This document shows positions 24,101 to 31,219 of a stretch of 64,000 nucleotides of DNA, in pieces. Made by a program: the position numbers and the translations under genes. The first letter of the stretch is position 1. Every line of letters begins with the position of its first letter. Where the stretch lies: NCBI RefSeq assembly GCF_000737315.1, contig NZ_JMCB01000005.1, positions 310,001 to 374,000 of the forward strand. Reading direction: 5' to 3'. The stretch is from Hyalangium minutum (lineage in GTDB: Bacteria; Myxococcota; Myxococcia; Myxococcales; Myxococcaceae). Below the pieces are notes generated by a model. It made no database searches. It was not told the DNA's origin and worked only from the letters and a program-made list of their open reading frames with translations.

Positions 24101-24215
24101 TGCTATAGAGAATCGCGCCGCGGCGCTGGAGGCCATGCTCGCCATCGGGAAGGCGCAGCCTGCCGTCCCACTGCCCGTGCGCTTGAAGCCGGTGGAGGTC
24201 CGTCGTGGAGTTTGA
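21108..24215 (+). CDS. WGR domain + HEAT/ARM-repeat protein (retron-associated)
   Basis: LLFQEGKSDKVYEV..VNFRYGRRG (WGR-type), Pro/Ala linker, then about 900 aa of Leu/Ala/Arg-rich helical repeats. GTG start 1 nt after the previous stop. Confidence 0.88.
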   Translation: MKLIEQVTLLFQEGKSDKVYEVDLLEVGAGQYVVNFRYGRRGTALKDGTKTPAPVSMAEARKAYDKLVQSKLDTGYVRAGHPSTGLPPPAPRPAAPTPVAAGGSAAAAAPGAPAAPPGASARERILLQQLTQEASTRRWFRSTEVRATARPLERVIWRVGELRIRAAEPILLPMLERATPLRAYCLAAALGRLGSAQSVAALGRLYGDAGTPDMVRRIATEALLQLSDEATRREFRQDLMGKLPPVLRDAAQAGNAELFGQELDKHLSSGKDPYAVLETVYLVDSEAVRPALLRVLRTAPFQRGAVKALRHVFKMAEYRRDGEVFGIIAWRYEKERSTNRSSRDGFAKSTRLFLRRRIWRTLRRMGQIEDSEFVKMAVGVLLAFTDADAVPELTTSTGYGARREQHFWGPFAPYWAFNHLLYGNSRYLEPVDHKLAFYSKWKPSSQQDVRTREESFPALWDRTPQGLMHLLDESRCAPVHTFAARALRSLPAFLAQLDEDAVAMLLEKPYAPTAQLGLDLAVERVNARGEPRALVLAAARSPYAPARQQAFRWLDALREVLLKDLGFLAALAISPQTETRQYVANILRGSVLPDDVAEAFIRHLLQAARKLGPNDGPLAADVKQLVLAALGPLGRPPGTEVLIELLGHPLVEIQELGGELLLRRDLRTEPVPPEVLGHLLQSASASLRTLGLRLLGKMPDEAFRANEAVLGRLASSPHPDVRQGIRPLLGRLIALDAQAGARVVELLVAALLRRRLPEGVPEHVASLLSGELAAAFHTVPAETVWRLLDSEDGTAQTLGGELLEKRGDALTVDVPRAVKLAGHDVLKVREWAWRWLEGHVADVRADLATAVRLLDTRWDDARAFAFRYFRDRFAPEDYTLEVLVSVADSVRPDVQTFGREMLARSFRESDGPELLLRLSEHPTPAVQLFATHYLDRFAGGSVAMVEKLVPYFHRVLNQVNKGRAARSRVLEFLRKEGRRDEVSGRHAMDVLHRLSATIAIENRAAALEAMLAIGKAQPAVPLPVRLKPVEVRRGV

Positions 24216-25851
24216 GTACGCCTATCGGGGCAACACCGCCGTCGAGCACCGGGGCGACCGCACCGAGCTGTCCTTCTCGCCGGACACCAAGCGCCCTCCC
24301 ACGTACTTCTCCGGCGACCTGCGCCAGAACGTCGCCTTCCGCGAGGCCATCTCCGCCCTGCACAGCGTGGTGGTCTCGGATCTGCGCTTCAAGCCCAAGG
24401 ACAAGACGGCCTACAAGGCCTGGGCCGCCAAGCAGGAGGATGCGGACCTCGACGCCATCTTCGCCCAGCGTCAGCAGGTGGCCAGCCGCCTCAAGGTCCT
24501 GCGCGAGGAGCTAACGGAGCTGGAGCGGCAGAGCGCTCGCCGCATGGGGCCGTTCCTGGAGGCCCGGCGCCGCTACTTCAATTACCTCTACGAGCGGAAC
24601 AAGGACTTCTGGTTCGTGCTCGACCCAGTCATCACCGTTCACCCGGATGAGGCCTTTTTCGAGTGCTTCAGCCAGGACGAGTCCAGCTACGGCCGGCTCG
24701 GTGCCAGCTACGAGGTGTTCCAGAACGTCGGCGAGTTCTCCTGCGGCACCACCAACATCGATTACTCGTCGCCGCTGTATGACGAGTTCCAGAAGATCCG
24801 CTCGTACAAGAAGACGCGCTTCGAGGTGGACCCCACGGGCTTCACCACGAAGACGGGCGAGGACGCCGCCTACAAGGAAGTGAAGATCGACCTGCCGGAC
24901 TCGTGGGTGCGCGGGTTCCTGCAGGTGAACTCGGCCATGAGCCTGCCGGCCACGCGCGTCACCCTGCACCCCATGGACGTGCACAACTTCCTCTTCGTGC
25001 TCAAGCGGCGCAAGGAGAAGAAGGGCCCGCGCTCCATGCGTTACCAACTCAAGCCCGGCCAGCCGGTGAAGGTCCTCTTCGAGCCGTGGAACCTCGAGGT
25101 GACGTGCCCCCGTTCCATTTACGAGGGCGAGGGCTCGCACGACATCCGCGTCTGGGGCCGCCGCCGCCTGCTCATCCTCGAGCGGCTCATTCCCGTGGCC
25201 AAGCGCTTCACCGTGCACCTGCTGGGCAGCGGCATGCCGTCCTTCTATGTCGCGGACCTCGGAGATTTGTCCTTCACCCTCGGGCTCTCCGGGTGGACGG
25301 CGAACGACTGGTCCACCGCGGGCAACTTCGACCTGATGGCCCCTCGCACCGAGGTGGATGAGTTCACCCGGCGCCGCGTCTTCGACGCGCTGAAGGAGAC
25401 GTGGCGCGAGCCGCCGGAGGCGCTGGCTGCGCGGCTCGGGCTGGACCGGGCCACGGTGCTCGGAGCGCTCGGCGCGTACACGCAGGCGGGCCGCGCCATC
25501 TGGGACTTGAACAAGAACGTGTACCGCGCCCGCGAGCTGAGCCGCGAGCCCCTGCCCATGGAGAAGCTGCGGTTCTCCAATGAGCGCGAGGAGAAGGCCA
25601 CGCGCTTCCTCGATGCGAAGGCGGTGATGGTGCAGGCGCAGCCGTCGAATGTGGATGGCTCGCTGGAGCTCAAGGGCACGGTGCGCGAGGCCACCAAGGT
25701 GCAGCGCGCCGCTTTGCGGCTCGATGGGGATCAGCGTATGGTCTCCGCCGAGTGCACCTGCAACTTCTTCCAGCAGAACAAGTTGTTCAAAGGGCCTTGC
25801 GAGCATCTGCTCGCGCTGAGGCTCCAGCACTCGAGGTCCTATCGGACATGA
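24205..25851 (+). CDS. SWIM zinc-finger protein with coiled coil and wHTH-like segment (retron-associated)
   Basis: C-terminal ECTCNFFQQNKLFKGPCEHLLAL (CxCx(n)CxH); overlaps the upstream gene by 11 nt. Confidence 0.88.
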   Translation: MEFEYAYRGNTAVEHRGDRTELSFSPDTKRPPTYFSGDLRQNVAFREAISALHSVVVSDLRFKPKDKTAYKAWAAKQEDADLDAIFAQRQQVASRLKVLREELTELERQSARRMGPFLEARRRYFNYLYERNKDFWFVLDPVITVHPDEAFFECFSQDESSYGRLGASYEVFQNVGEFSCGTTNIDYSSPLYDEFQKIRSYKKTRFEVDPTGFTTKTGEDAAYKEVKIDLPDSWVRGFLQVNSAMSLPATRVTLHPMDVHNFLFVLKRRKEKKGPRSMRYQLKPGQPVKVLFEPWNLEVTCPRSIYEGEGSHDIRVWGRRRLLILERLIPVAKRFTVHLLGSGMPSFYVADLGDLSFTLGLSGWTANDWSTAGNFDLMAPRTEVDEFTRRRVFDALKETWREPPEALAARLGLDRATVLGALGAYTQAGRAIWDLNKNVYRARELSREPLPMEKLRFSNEREEKATRFLDAKAVMVQAQPSNVDGSLELKGTVREATKVQRAALRLDGDQRMVSAECTCNFFQQNKLFKGPCEHLLALRLQHSRSYRT

Positions 25852-26124
25852 AGAGACGGAGGGTTCGCGCACGCGGCGGTCAGAGGGCGGTACCTTGCAA
25901 CCTGGGCGGCGTTTCGCCGTCCTTGCCTGATGGCCTGTGATGCATCACTGGCCCGCTCTTGACTGTGCCGTAGCTCCCTACCCCAGGCGTATGGCGGTGT
26001 GGATTCCGTAAATCCATAGCGCCCGGGGTAGGGGCTACGGCTTGAGTCGAGACGAGCCAGTCCAGAGAGCAGTACGAAGGTGCTCTCGGACCGCTGCGTG
26101 GGCGGACCCTCCCAGCTCTTCATG
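25847..26124 (+). ncRNA. Retron msr-msd non-coding RNA
   Basis: Outer inverted repeat: 25847-25881 CATGAAGAGACGGAGGGTTCGCGCACGCGGCGGTC versus the reverse complement of 26089-26124, CATGAAGAGCTGGGAGGGTCCGCCCACGCAGCGGTC. AG follows the 5' arm (candidate branching G25883). msr hairpin GGGCGGCG-TTT-CGCCGTCC at 25904-25922. Long msd hairpin 25955-26057. Lies directly upstream of a retron RT. Confidence 0.85.
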
Positions 26125-26132
26125 ACAACGTC

Positions 26133-27710
26133 ATGGCCCAACAACCTCCCCGCAACCGGCAGGAGCTGTACGAGCGAATCCAGTCCACCTCCAAGGAGGA
26201 GGTTGTCCTGGAGGAGATGGTGCGGCTGGGCTTCTGGCCCGAGCGCAGCGGCGCTCCGGGAGACCCGCGGGACGAGGTGCATCGCAAGGCGGAGCTGCAG
26301 GCCCAGATTCGCGCGCTGACCACCGAGCAGTCCCGCCTGGGCAACCTGGAGCGGCTGAAGAAGGAGCTGCGCAAGAAGCGGCTCGCCGAGAGCAAGCGCA
26401 AGCAGAAGGAGACGAAGGAGCGCCACGAGCGCGAGCGCGTGGCCCGCGCCGAGGCGTGGAAGGCTCGCAAGGCGAAGGAGATTCTGTTCCTCGGGCGCGG
26501 GGTGTCAGGCGGGCTGAACCAGCGCACCCCGGACGCGGCGAAGCTGGAGCGCCAGGGGCTGCCGAAGCTGGAGACGCCCGAGGTGCTGGCCCAGGCCCTG
26601 GGGCTCACGGTGGGCCAGCTGCGCGGGCTCTCGTACGCGCGGGGCGTATCCACGCGGACGAACTACGTGCGCTTCGCCCTGCCGAAGAAGACGGGCGGCA
26701 TGCGGCTCATCTCCGCGCCGCTGCCTCGGCTGAAGGCGGCGCAGCACTGGGTGCTCGCGAACGTGCTGGAGAAGGTGGCGGTGCACGACGCGGCGCATGG
26801 CTTCCGGGCCGGGCGCTCCATCGTCAGCAACGCGAAGCCGCACGTGGGCGCGGCGGTGGTGGTGAACCTGGACCTGAAGGACTTCTTCCCCACGGTGGTG
26901 TACCCCCGGGTGAAGGGCTTCTTCGTGAAGCTGGGGTACAGCGAGGCGACGGCCACGGCGCTGGCGCTGCTGTGCACCGAGCCGGATGTGGAAGAGGTGG
27001 AGCTGGATGGGCAGCGCTACTTCGTGGCGCAGGGAGGCCGCAGGCTGCCTCAGGGCGCGCCGACTTCTCCGGCGCTGACGAACCTGCTGTGCCGGCGGCT
27101 CGACCGGCGGCTGCTGGGCGCGGCGAAGAAGCTGGGCTTCACGTACACGCGCTACGCGGATGACCTGACGTTCTCCGTGCCCAAGGGTGGTACCGGGGAC
27201 GTGGGGAAGATGCTGCGGCTGGTCCGGTTCGTCGTCCACAAGGAGGGCTTCGTCCCGCATCCCGAGAAGACGCGGGTTCTGCGGCGGGGCGGGCAGCAGG
27301 AGGTGACGGGCGTCGTCGTCAACGACAAGCCCGGCGTGGACCGTGAGACGCTGCGGCGCTTCCGGGCCCTGCTGCACCAGCTCGAGAAGACCGGGCCTGC
27401 GGGCAAGAAGTGGAACGGCTCGACGGACGTCATCGCCTCCGCCGTGGGCTTCGCCAACTACGTGGCCATGGTGGACCCGGTGAAGGGCAAGGTCTTCCAG
27501 GACAAGGCTCGCGCGCTGGAGCTGAAGTACGGGCGCAAGACGGTGATGCCGCCGCGGCCCAAGCCCGGGGCATCTCCGAAGCCGGGGGCGGCGGCGGCAC
27601 CCGCGAGCGCGCCGGTCCCGTCCGGGACAGCCGGGAGCGAGGCGCCGAAGTCCGAGGAGCCTTCGGATCCGAGCGATGCGCCAAAGAAGAAGTGGTGGAA
27701 GCTTTTCTGA
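26133..27710 (+). CDS. Retron-type reverse transcriptase with N-terminal charged coiled-coil extension
   Basis: PKKTGGMRLISAP, HDAAHGF..GRSIVSNA (region X), LDLKDFFP, LPQGAPTSPALTN, YTRYADDLTFS, QEVTGVVVN (retron region-Y VTG). Confidence 0.96.
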   Translation: MAQQPPRNRQELYERIQSTSKEEVVLEEMVRLGFWPERSGAPGDPRDEVHRKAELQAQIRALTTEQSRLGNLERLKKELRKKRLAESKRKQKETKERHERERVARAEAWKARKAKEILFLGRGVSGGLNQRTPDAAKLERQGLPKLETPEVLAQALGLTVGQLRGLSYARGVSTRTNYVRFALPKKTGGMRLISAPLPRLKAAQHWVLANVLEKVAVHDAAHGFRAGRSIVSNAKPHVGAAVVVNLDLKDFFPTVVYPRVKGFFVKLGYSEATATALALLCTEPDVEEVELDGQRYFVAQGGRRLPQGAPTSPALTNLLCRRLDRRLLGAAKKLGFTYTRYADDLTFSVPKGGTGDVGKMLRLVRFVVHKEGFVPHPEKTRVLRRGGQQEVTGVVVNDKPGVDRETLRRFRALLHQLEKTGPAGKKWNGSTDVIASAVGFANYVAMVDPVKGKVFQDKARALELKYGRKTVMPPRPKPGASPKPGAAAAPASAPVPSGTAGSEAPKSEEPSDPSDAPKKKWWKLF

Positions 27711-27735
27711 GCCCGAGCCTTCGAGGAGGGTGAGT

Positions 27736-27984
27736 GTGGACGGTCAGGCGGCGTTGATCTTCGTGGGCGTGGTGGTGGGCGTCGTGGTCCTCGGGCTGCT
27801 GCTCCGAGGCACGGAGGCTCAGCGGCTGCGGCGGGCCTGGTTCCGCAACACGCCCCTGCCCCGGGCCCAAGCCGAGGAGTCGCTCGCGCGCCACCTCATG
27901 GCGAACAAGGAGCGGTTCCCCGGCCGCACCGAAGCTTGGTACCTGAAGAAGATCCTCTCGGACCTCAAGCGCGACCGGCGCTGA
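27736..27984 (+). CDS. Small single-pass membrane protein (about 82 aa)
   Basis: GAGGAGG RBS, GTG start, N-terminal hydrophobic helix, basic helical C-terminus; 25 nt after the RT stop. Confidence 0.7.
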   Translation: MDGQAALIFVGVVVGVVVLGLLLRGTEAQRLRRAWFRNTPLPRAQAEESLARHLMANKERFPGRTEAWYLKKILSDLKRDRR

Positions 27985-28006
27985 CTTCTCCGGCACCCCG
28001 GAGGAG
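27985..28006 (+). terminator. Hairpin closing the retron operon
   Basis: CTTCTCCGG-CACC-CCGGAGGAG 9-bp stem (one G-T) immediately after the stop codon. Confidence 0.45.
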
Positions 28007-28089
28007 CAGCTGCATCAGTTCACCACCCGTGAATGGGAATACTCGGAGCCTCGCGCGGTTTTCCACGGTTCGTTAGCCTCTGAGGAACC

Positions 28090-28713
28090 ATGGACCACCA
28101 CCACCTCGAGTCGCGGATGGAGCTGTTGGAGCGCAGCTACCGGCGCATGCAGGGCGTGGCCCTAGGGGCGCTGGCCCTGGCTGCACTGGGACTGGGCGCC
28201 GCCTTGCTTCGAGGGCAGGGTGGGGCGCTGGAGGTGTCCCGGCTGACACTGACGGATGCGCAGGGGCGCCCGCGCGCCACGCTCGCGGCCGAGGCAGATG
28301 GGAGCACGGGCCTGGTGCTCAATGACGCGGCGGGCAATCCCCGGGCCCTGCTCGGCATCTCCGCGGATGGCTCGCCGAAGCTTCGCTTCTCCACCGCCGA
28401 GGGGCTCGCGCTCGCCGAGCTCACTGTGTACTCGGACGAGGCGCCGCGGCTGGCGTTCGCGAAGAAGGGCGGCGCGGAGTTCTTCGCCGTGGGCATGTTC
28501 CCGGATGGCTCGTCCCGGCTGGAGCTGGCGGACGAGGACGGCCGGCCGCGCGCCATCCTCGGAGCGGACGAGCACGGCTCGCCGGGGTTGCTGCTCGTGG
28601 ACCGGCTGGGGCAGCCCCGGGCACAGCTCCGCGTGTCCCCCTCCAACAGCGCCAGCCTGGTGCTGGAGGGGCACGATGGCGAGGTGTTCCGCGCGCCCTC
28701 CAGCGTGCAGTGA
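28090..28713 (+). CDS. Membrane-anchored hypothetical protein with repeated beta-hairpin motif
   Basis: GAGGA RBS, N-terminal TM helix, repeats of L.D..G.PRA.LG...DG.P.L. Confidence 0.75.
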   Translation: MDHHHLESRMELLERSYRRMQGVALGALALAALGLGAALLRGQGGALEVSRLTLTDAQGRPRATLAAEADGSTGLVLNDAAGNPRALLGISADGSPKLRFSTAEGLALAELTVYSDEAPRLAFAKKGGAEFFAVGMFPDGSSRLELADEDGRPRAILGADEHGSPGLLLVDRLGQPRAQLRVSPSNSASLVLEGHDGEVFRAPSSVQ

Positions 28714-28723
28714 GGCGGGCTAG
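28682..28723 (+). repeat. Left copy of 42-bp direct repeat (att-like)
   Basis: AGGTGTTCCGCGCGCCCTCCAGCGTGCAGTGAGGCGGGCTAG; matches 35852-35893 at 41 of 42 positions. Confidence 0.92.
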
Positions 28724-29007
28724 TTAGTGCTCCCCGGATTGCCTCGTGTTCAAGGCAGCGCCTACGGATTATGAGTCTGAGCTGCGAAGGAGTGGCCCAA
28801 TAGGAACCTGAGAAGGTGATAGCCCCTTCTCAGCAATAAGGCGGCTCTGCGGCCCCAGCCCCGGGCGTCGGAGCGTTTCCCTCCTTTGGAGACGTAGTAG
28901 ACGGGTGTTTCGTGCCGCGTCAGGATGAGCTGCCGCTACTTTGCCCACCGCGCTTCGGTGTTCGTGGTGAGCCGTCACGTAGTTTCCCGAGGCAGAGTAC
29001 CACCCAG

Positions 29008-30222
29008 CTACTCGTGCGGACGCTCCGCTAAAGGCCGGGAGAATTGCTCTAGGAGTCGTTGAATCTTCTCCCGTTTGGAGCCTCCAATCTTCAGCTGGTG
29101 TTTCGCCAGGGCGGCATCGAGCTGCTTGGAGTCGAGTTCCATCATCAGCGAAATCTCGCTGAATCGAGACTCCCGGAGCAGCTGGACGAGCTGCTCCTTA
29201 GAGCCAGTCACCCGCGATGCGTCGATACTTGAGAGGATGTCCGACAGGTCCTGGCCTCGGAACGAAGCGAAGAGTGTGTCGAAAGCAGGCGTGGACAGGT
29301 GGCGTGGCTCAGGCGGTGGAGGCGGGGGGGCAGCAGGCTTAGGCCGAATGTCGTAACCGAGAGCGAAGAAACGGACTAGGCGAGCAACGAGCTCCTCCTT
29401 GCTGCCCCCCACCCCAAGTTCGACATCCCGGCACACATCGCGAAGCGTCGCGAGCGGCACTGGTGTCAAGACCTCGGTGGGCTGCACGTAGTTGTCCACG
29501 AGCCGCTGAACTTTTTCCTCTTTGGTACCGCTCGTCCGGAGGGCTGCCACTTCTAGGGCTGCACTCACATCGGCTCCCGTCAGGCGCTCGAAGAGCCGTT
29601 TGCGTGCTGCGGCGTCAGCTTCGAGGCCCAGCACCTGCCGAGCAATGGCTACGAGGTCTTCCGGGAAACGGAGTTGGCCGTGCGCGCTATAAACCAGCCC
29701 ACTTGAGCGCAACCCGTTGAGGGCTCCGAGGAATGCATGGTCCGTGTTCCAGAAATGGTGGAAGTCCTCGTGGTGCTCGATGAGGAAATGCTCGGCCTGA
29801 CGAATCTTCAGCTCGCGACGAAGCACCCCCAGGAGCGCGGCTTCGGATGCATCGAGTTCGAGCTCGTTCCGCCGTGCCTCAAGCAGCACGCGCCGGTAGA
29901 CGACAAGCCCGCTATCCCGTCCCAGGATTTCACCATTGGTTACCCGCTGCGCCAAGTCGAGGGTATCGGCAATGACGCTCTCCTTGAGGCCGTCGAGTGG
30001 GAGAGAATAACCCTCCGCATCGAGCAACCGCTCAAGCATTCGGAATGATGGGGGCTGGAGATTGTAGATGGTTTCTCGGACGTACTTCGGGCTGCGGAGC
30101 ACGTTCTCCAAGTTGACGCACACAGTCGCTCGATTCTCCGCCTCTCCCGCTTCAAGATGGTGATGGGCGAGCCTATCGAGCGTCTCTTGATCCAGGCCTG
30201 CGAGGAGTTCCACGAGCCGCAT
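29008..30222 (-). CDS. Hypothetical 404-aa protein with N-terminal helical (TerB-like) region and four SAP-like motifs
   Basis: Motifs LRTSGTKEEKVQRL, LGVGGSKEELVARL, RVTGSKEQLVQLL and LKIGGSKREKIQRL; start MRLVELL inferred inside ORF 29008..30330. Confidence 0.75.
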   Translation of the reverse strand: MRLVELLAGLDQETLDRLAHHHLEAGEAENRATVCVNLENVLRSPKYVRETIYNLQPPSFRMLERLLDAEGYSLPLDGLKESVIADTLDLAQRVTNGEILGRDSGLVVYRRVLLEARRNELELDASEAALLGVLRRELKIRQAEHFLIEHHEDFHHFWNTDHAFLGALNGLRSSGLVYSAHGQLRFPEDLVAIARQVLGLEADAAARKRLFERLTGADVSAALEVAALRTSGTKEEKVQRLVDNYVQPTEVLTPVPLATLRDVCRDVELGVGGSKEELVARLVRFFALGYDIRPKPAAPPPPPPEPRHLSTPAFDTLFASFRGQDLSDILSSIDASRVTGSKEQLVQLLRESRFSEISLMMELDSKQLDAALAKHQLKIGGSKREKIQRLLEQFSRPLAERPHE

Positions 30223-30232
30223 AGCGCCATTC

Positions 30233-31219
30233 TCACATGATTTCCGCGAGTGCCGTGAGACCAAAGCGCCAAAGTGTCGAGGCCAACGTGGCACCCTCCA
30301 GTTGCGGAGTACCGTGCAGGTGAATGACATACCGGACCGACGACACTCCGGGGTCGACCGTACGGATGCGCGGCACCGTCGCGAGAGCGAAGGCCATCGG
30401 AGGAATCAATAACCGGTATCGAGTTGAGGCTGCATCCAGAGTCGCAAGCGACAGACTGTGTCGCGCGAGAGCCTCAAGAAGCGGCGTCGCATCGGGAAGG
30501 CGGGCAAGGAGCGACTTTGCAAGGCTGGCTACGCTCTGCCCCGTGGCGCTGCGCTCTGCCGCGAGCGAAAGGAGGATGCCGGAACCGTCTTGGGGAGCCA
30601 CCTGGGTGAGCGACACATGGTGTACACCAGGGTGGCGCGAAGCCTTCACCTCTAACCGTGCCTCTTCGACGAAGAAGTCGTACGTCCCGCCATCGCTCCC
30701 CTGCCAGCCTCGCACGAGGACGTCCGGGTCAGCGCTCTGGCTGATGGTCCACAACTCGCCCCACAAGCCGAGTTCCTCCGCCTCCGAGAGGCGAGCAGCT
30801 GGCGCGAAGAGGCTGCTCCATCGCTGGAGCAGCGAAACGACCATCGCCGCCGTCGGTGCCGGAGTGGATGCGAGCGCGTTGCCCAACTCGACTCCAAGCG
30901 GAGCAAAGACGTCCAAGAGGTGTTCGTCCAAGCAGGCAACGGCAATAGCGCTCGCAGAAAACTGTGCACCGTCCACGTCGAAGTCCACAGCGGGATATTC
31001 CTGCACCCGGAGCGCACGGGTAGAGAAACCTGCCGTGGCATGGCCATGCACCCCCGTAACAAGGAGAGTGGTATCACGCTGCGGGCTGAGCGTCACAAGC
31101 AGCTTGGCGTGTCCGGCCACAAGCTCACCGACGACTTTGTAGGTCTTCTCGTCCGGGTTCGGCTCAGCCATGGCGGCGGTTGCGAGTAGACGACGCAAGT
31201 CGGAGGCAGACCATTTCAT
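30233..31219 (-). CDS. PD-(D/E)XK motif protein (DUF4420-like nuclease)
   Basis: ELGLWGELW, WQGSDGGTYDF..LEVKAS; overlaps the Z1 gene stop by 4 nt. Confidence 0.85.
   Translation of the reverse strand: MKWSASDLRRLLATAAMAEPNPDEKTYKVVGELVAGHAKLLVTLSPQRDTTLLVTGVHGHATAGFSTRALRVQEYPAVDFDVDGAQFSASAIAVACLDEHLLDVFAPLGVELGNALASTPAPTAAMVVSLLQRWSSLFAPAARLSEAEELGLWGELWTISQSADPDVLVRGWQGSDGGTYDFFVEEARLEVKASRHPGVHHVSLTQVAPQDGSGILLSLAAERSATGQSVASLAKSLLARLPDATPLLEALARHSLSLATLDAASTRYRLLIPPMAFALATVPRIRTVDPGVSSVRYVIHLHGTPQLEGATLASTLWRFGLTALAEIM

Noticed and set aside
25955-26091. Hairpins as a rho-independent terminator or CRISPR repeats
   Set aside because: No U-tract and no spaced repeats; nested inside a long outer inverted repeat next to a retron RT.
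25839-26426. Minus-strand 195-aa ORF across the ncRNA with a signal-like start
   Set aside because: Mirror of the RT's charged N-terminus; the region is better explained by msr-msd structure.
26133-27710. RT as group II intron, DGR or CRISPR-associated RT
   Set aside because: No maturase/X or HNH domain, no TR/VR repeats and no cas1; retron region X and VTG motifs are present.
28745-28990. Minus-strand fragment ...RRAALLLRRGYHLLRFL resembling a DUF559 nuclease C-terminus, plus hairpin CTGAGAAGG/CCTTCTCAG (28808-28833)
   Set aside because: Similarity is too short and interrupted by stops to support by eye; needs tBLASTn.
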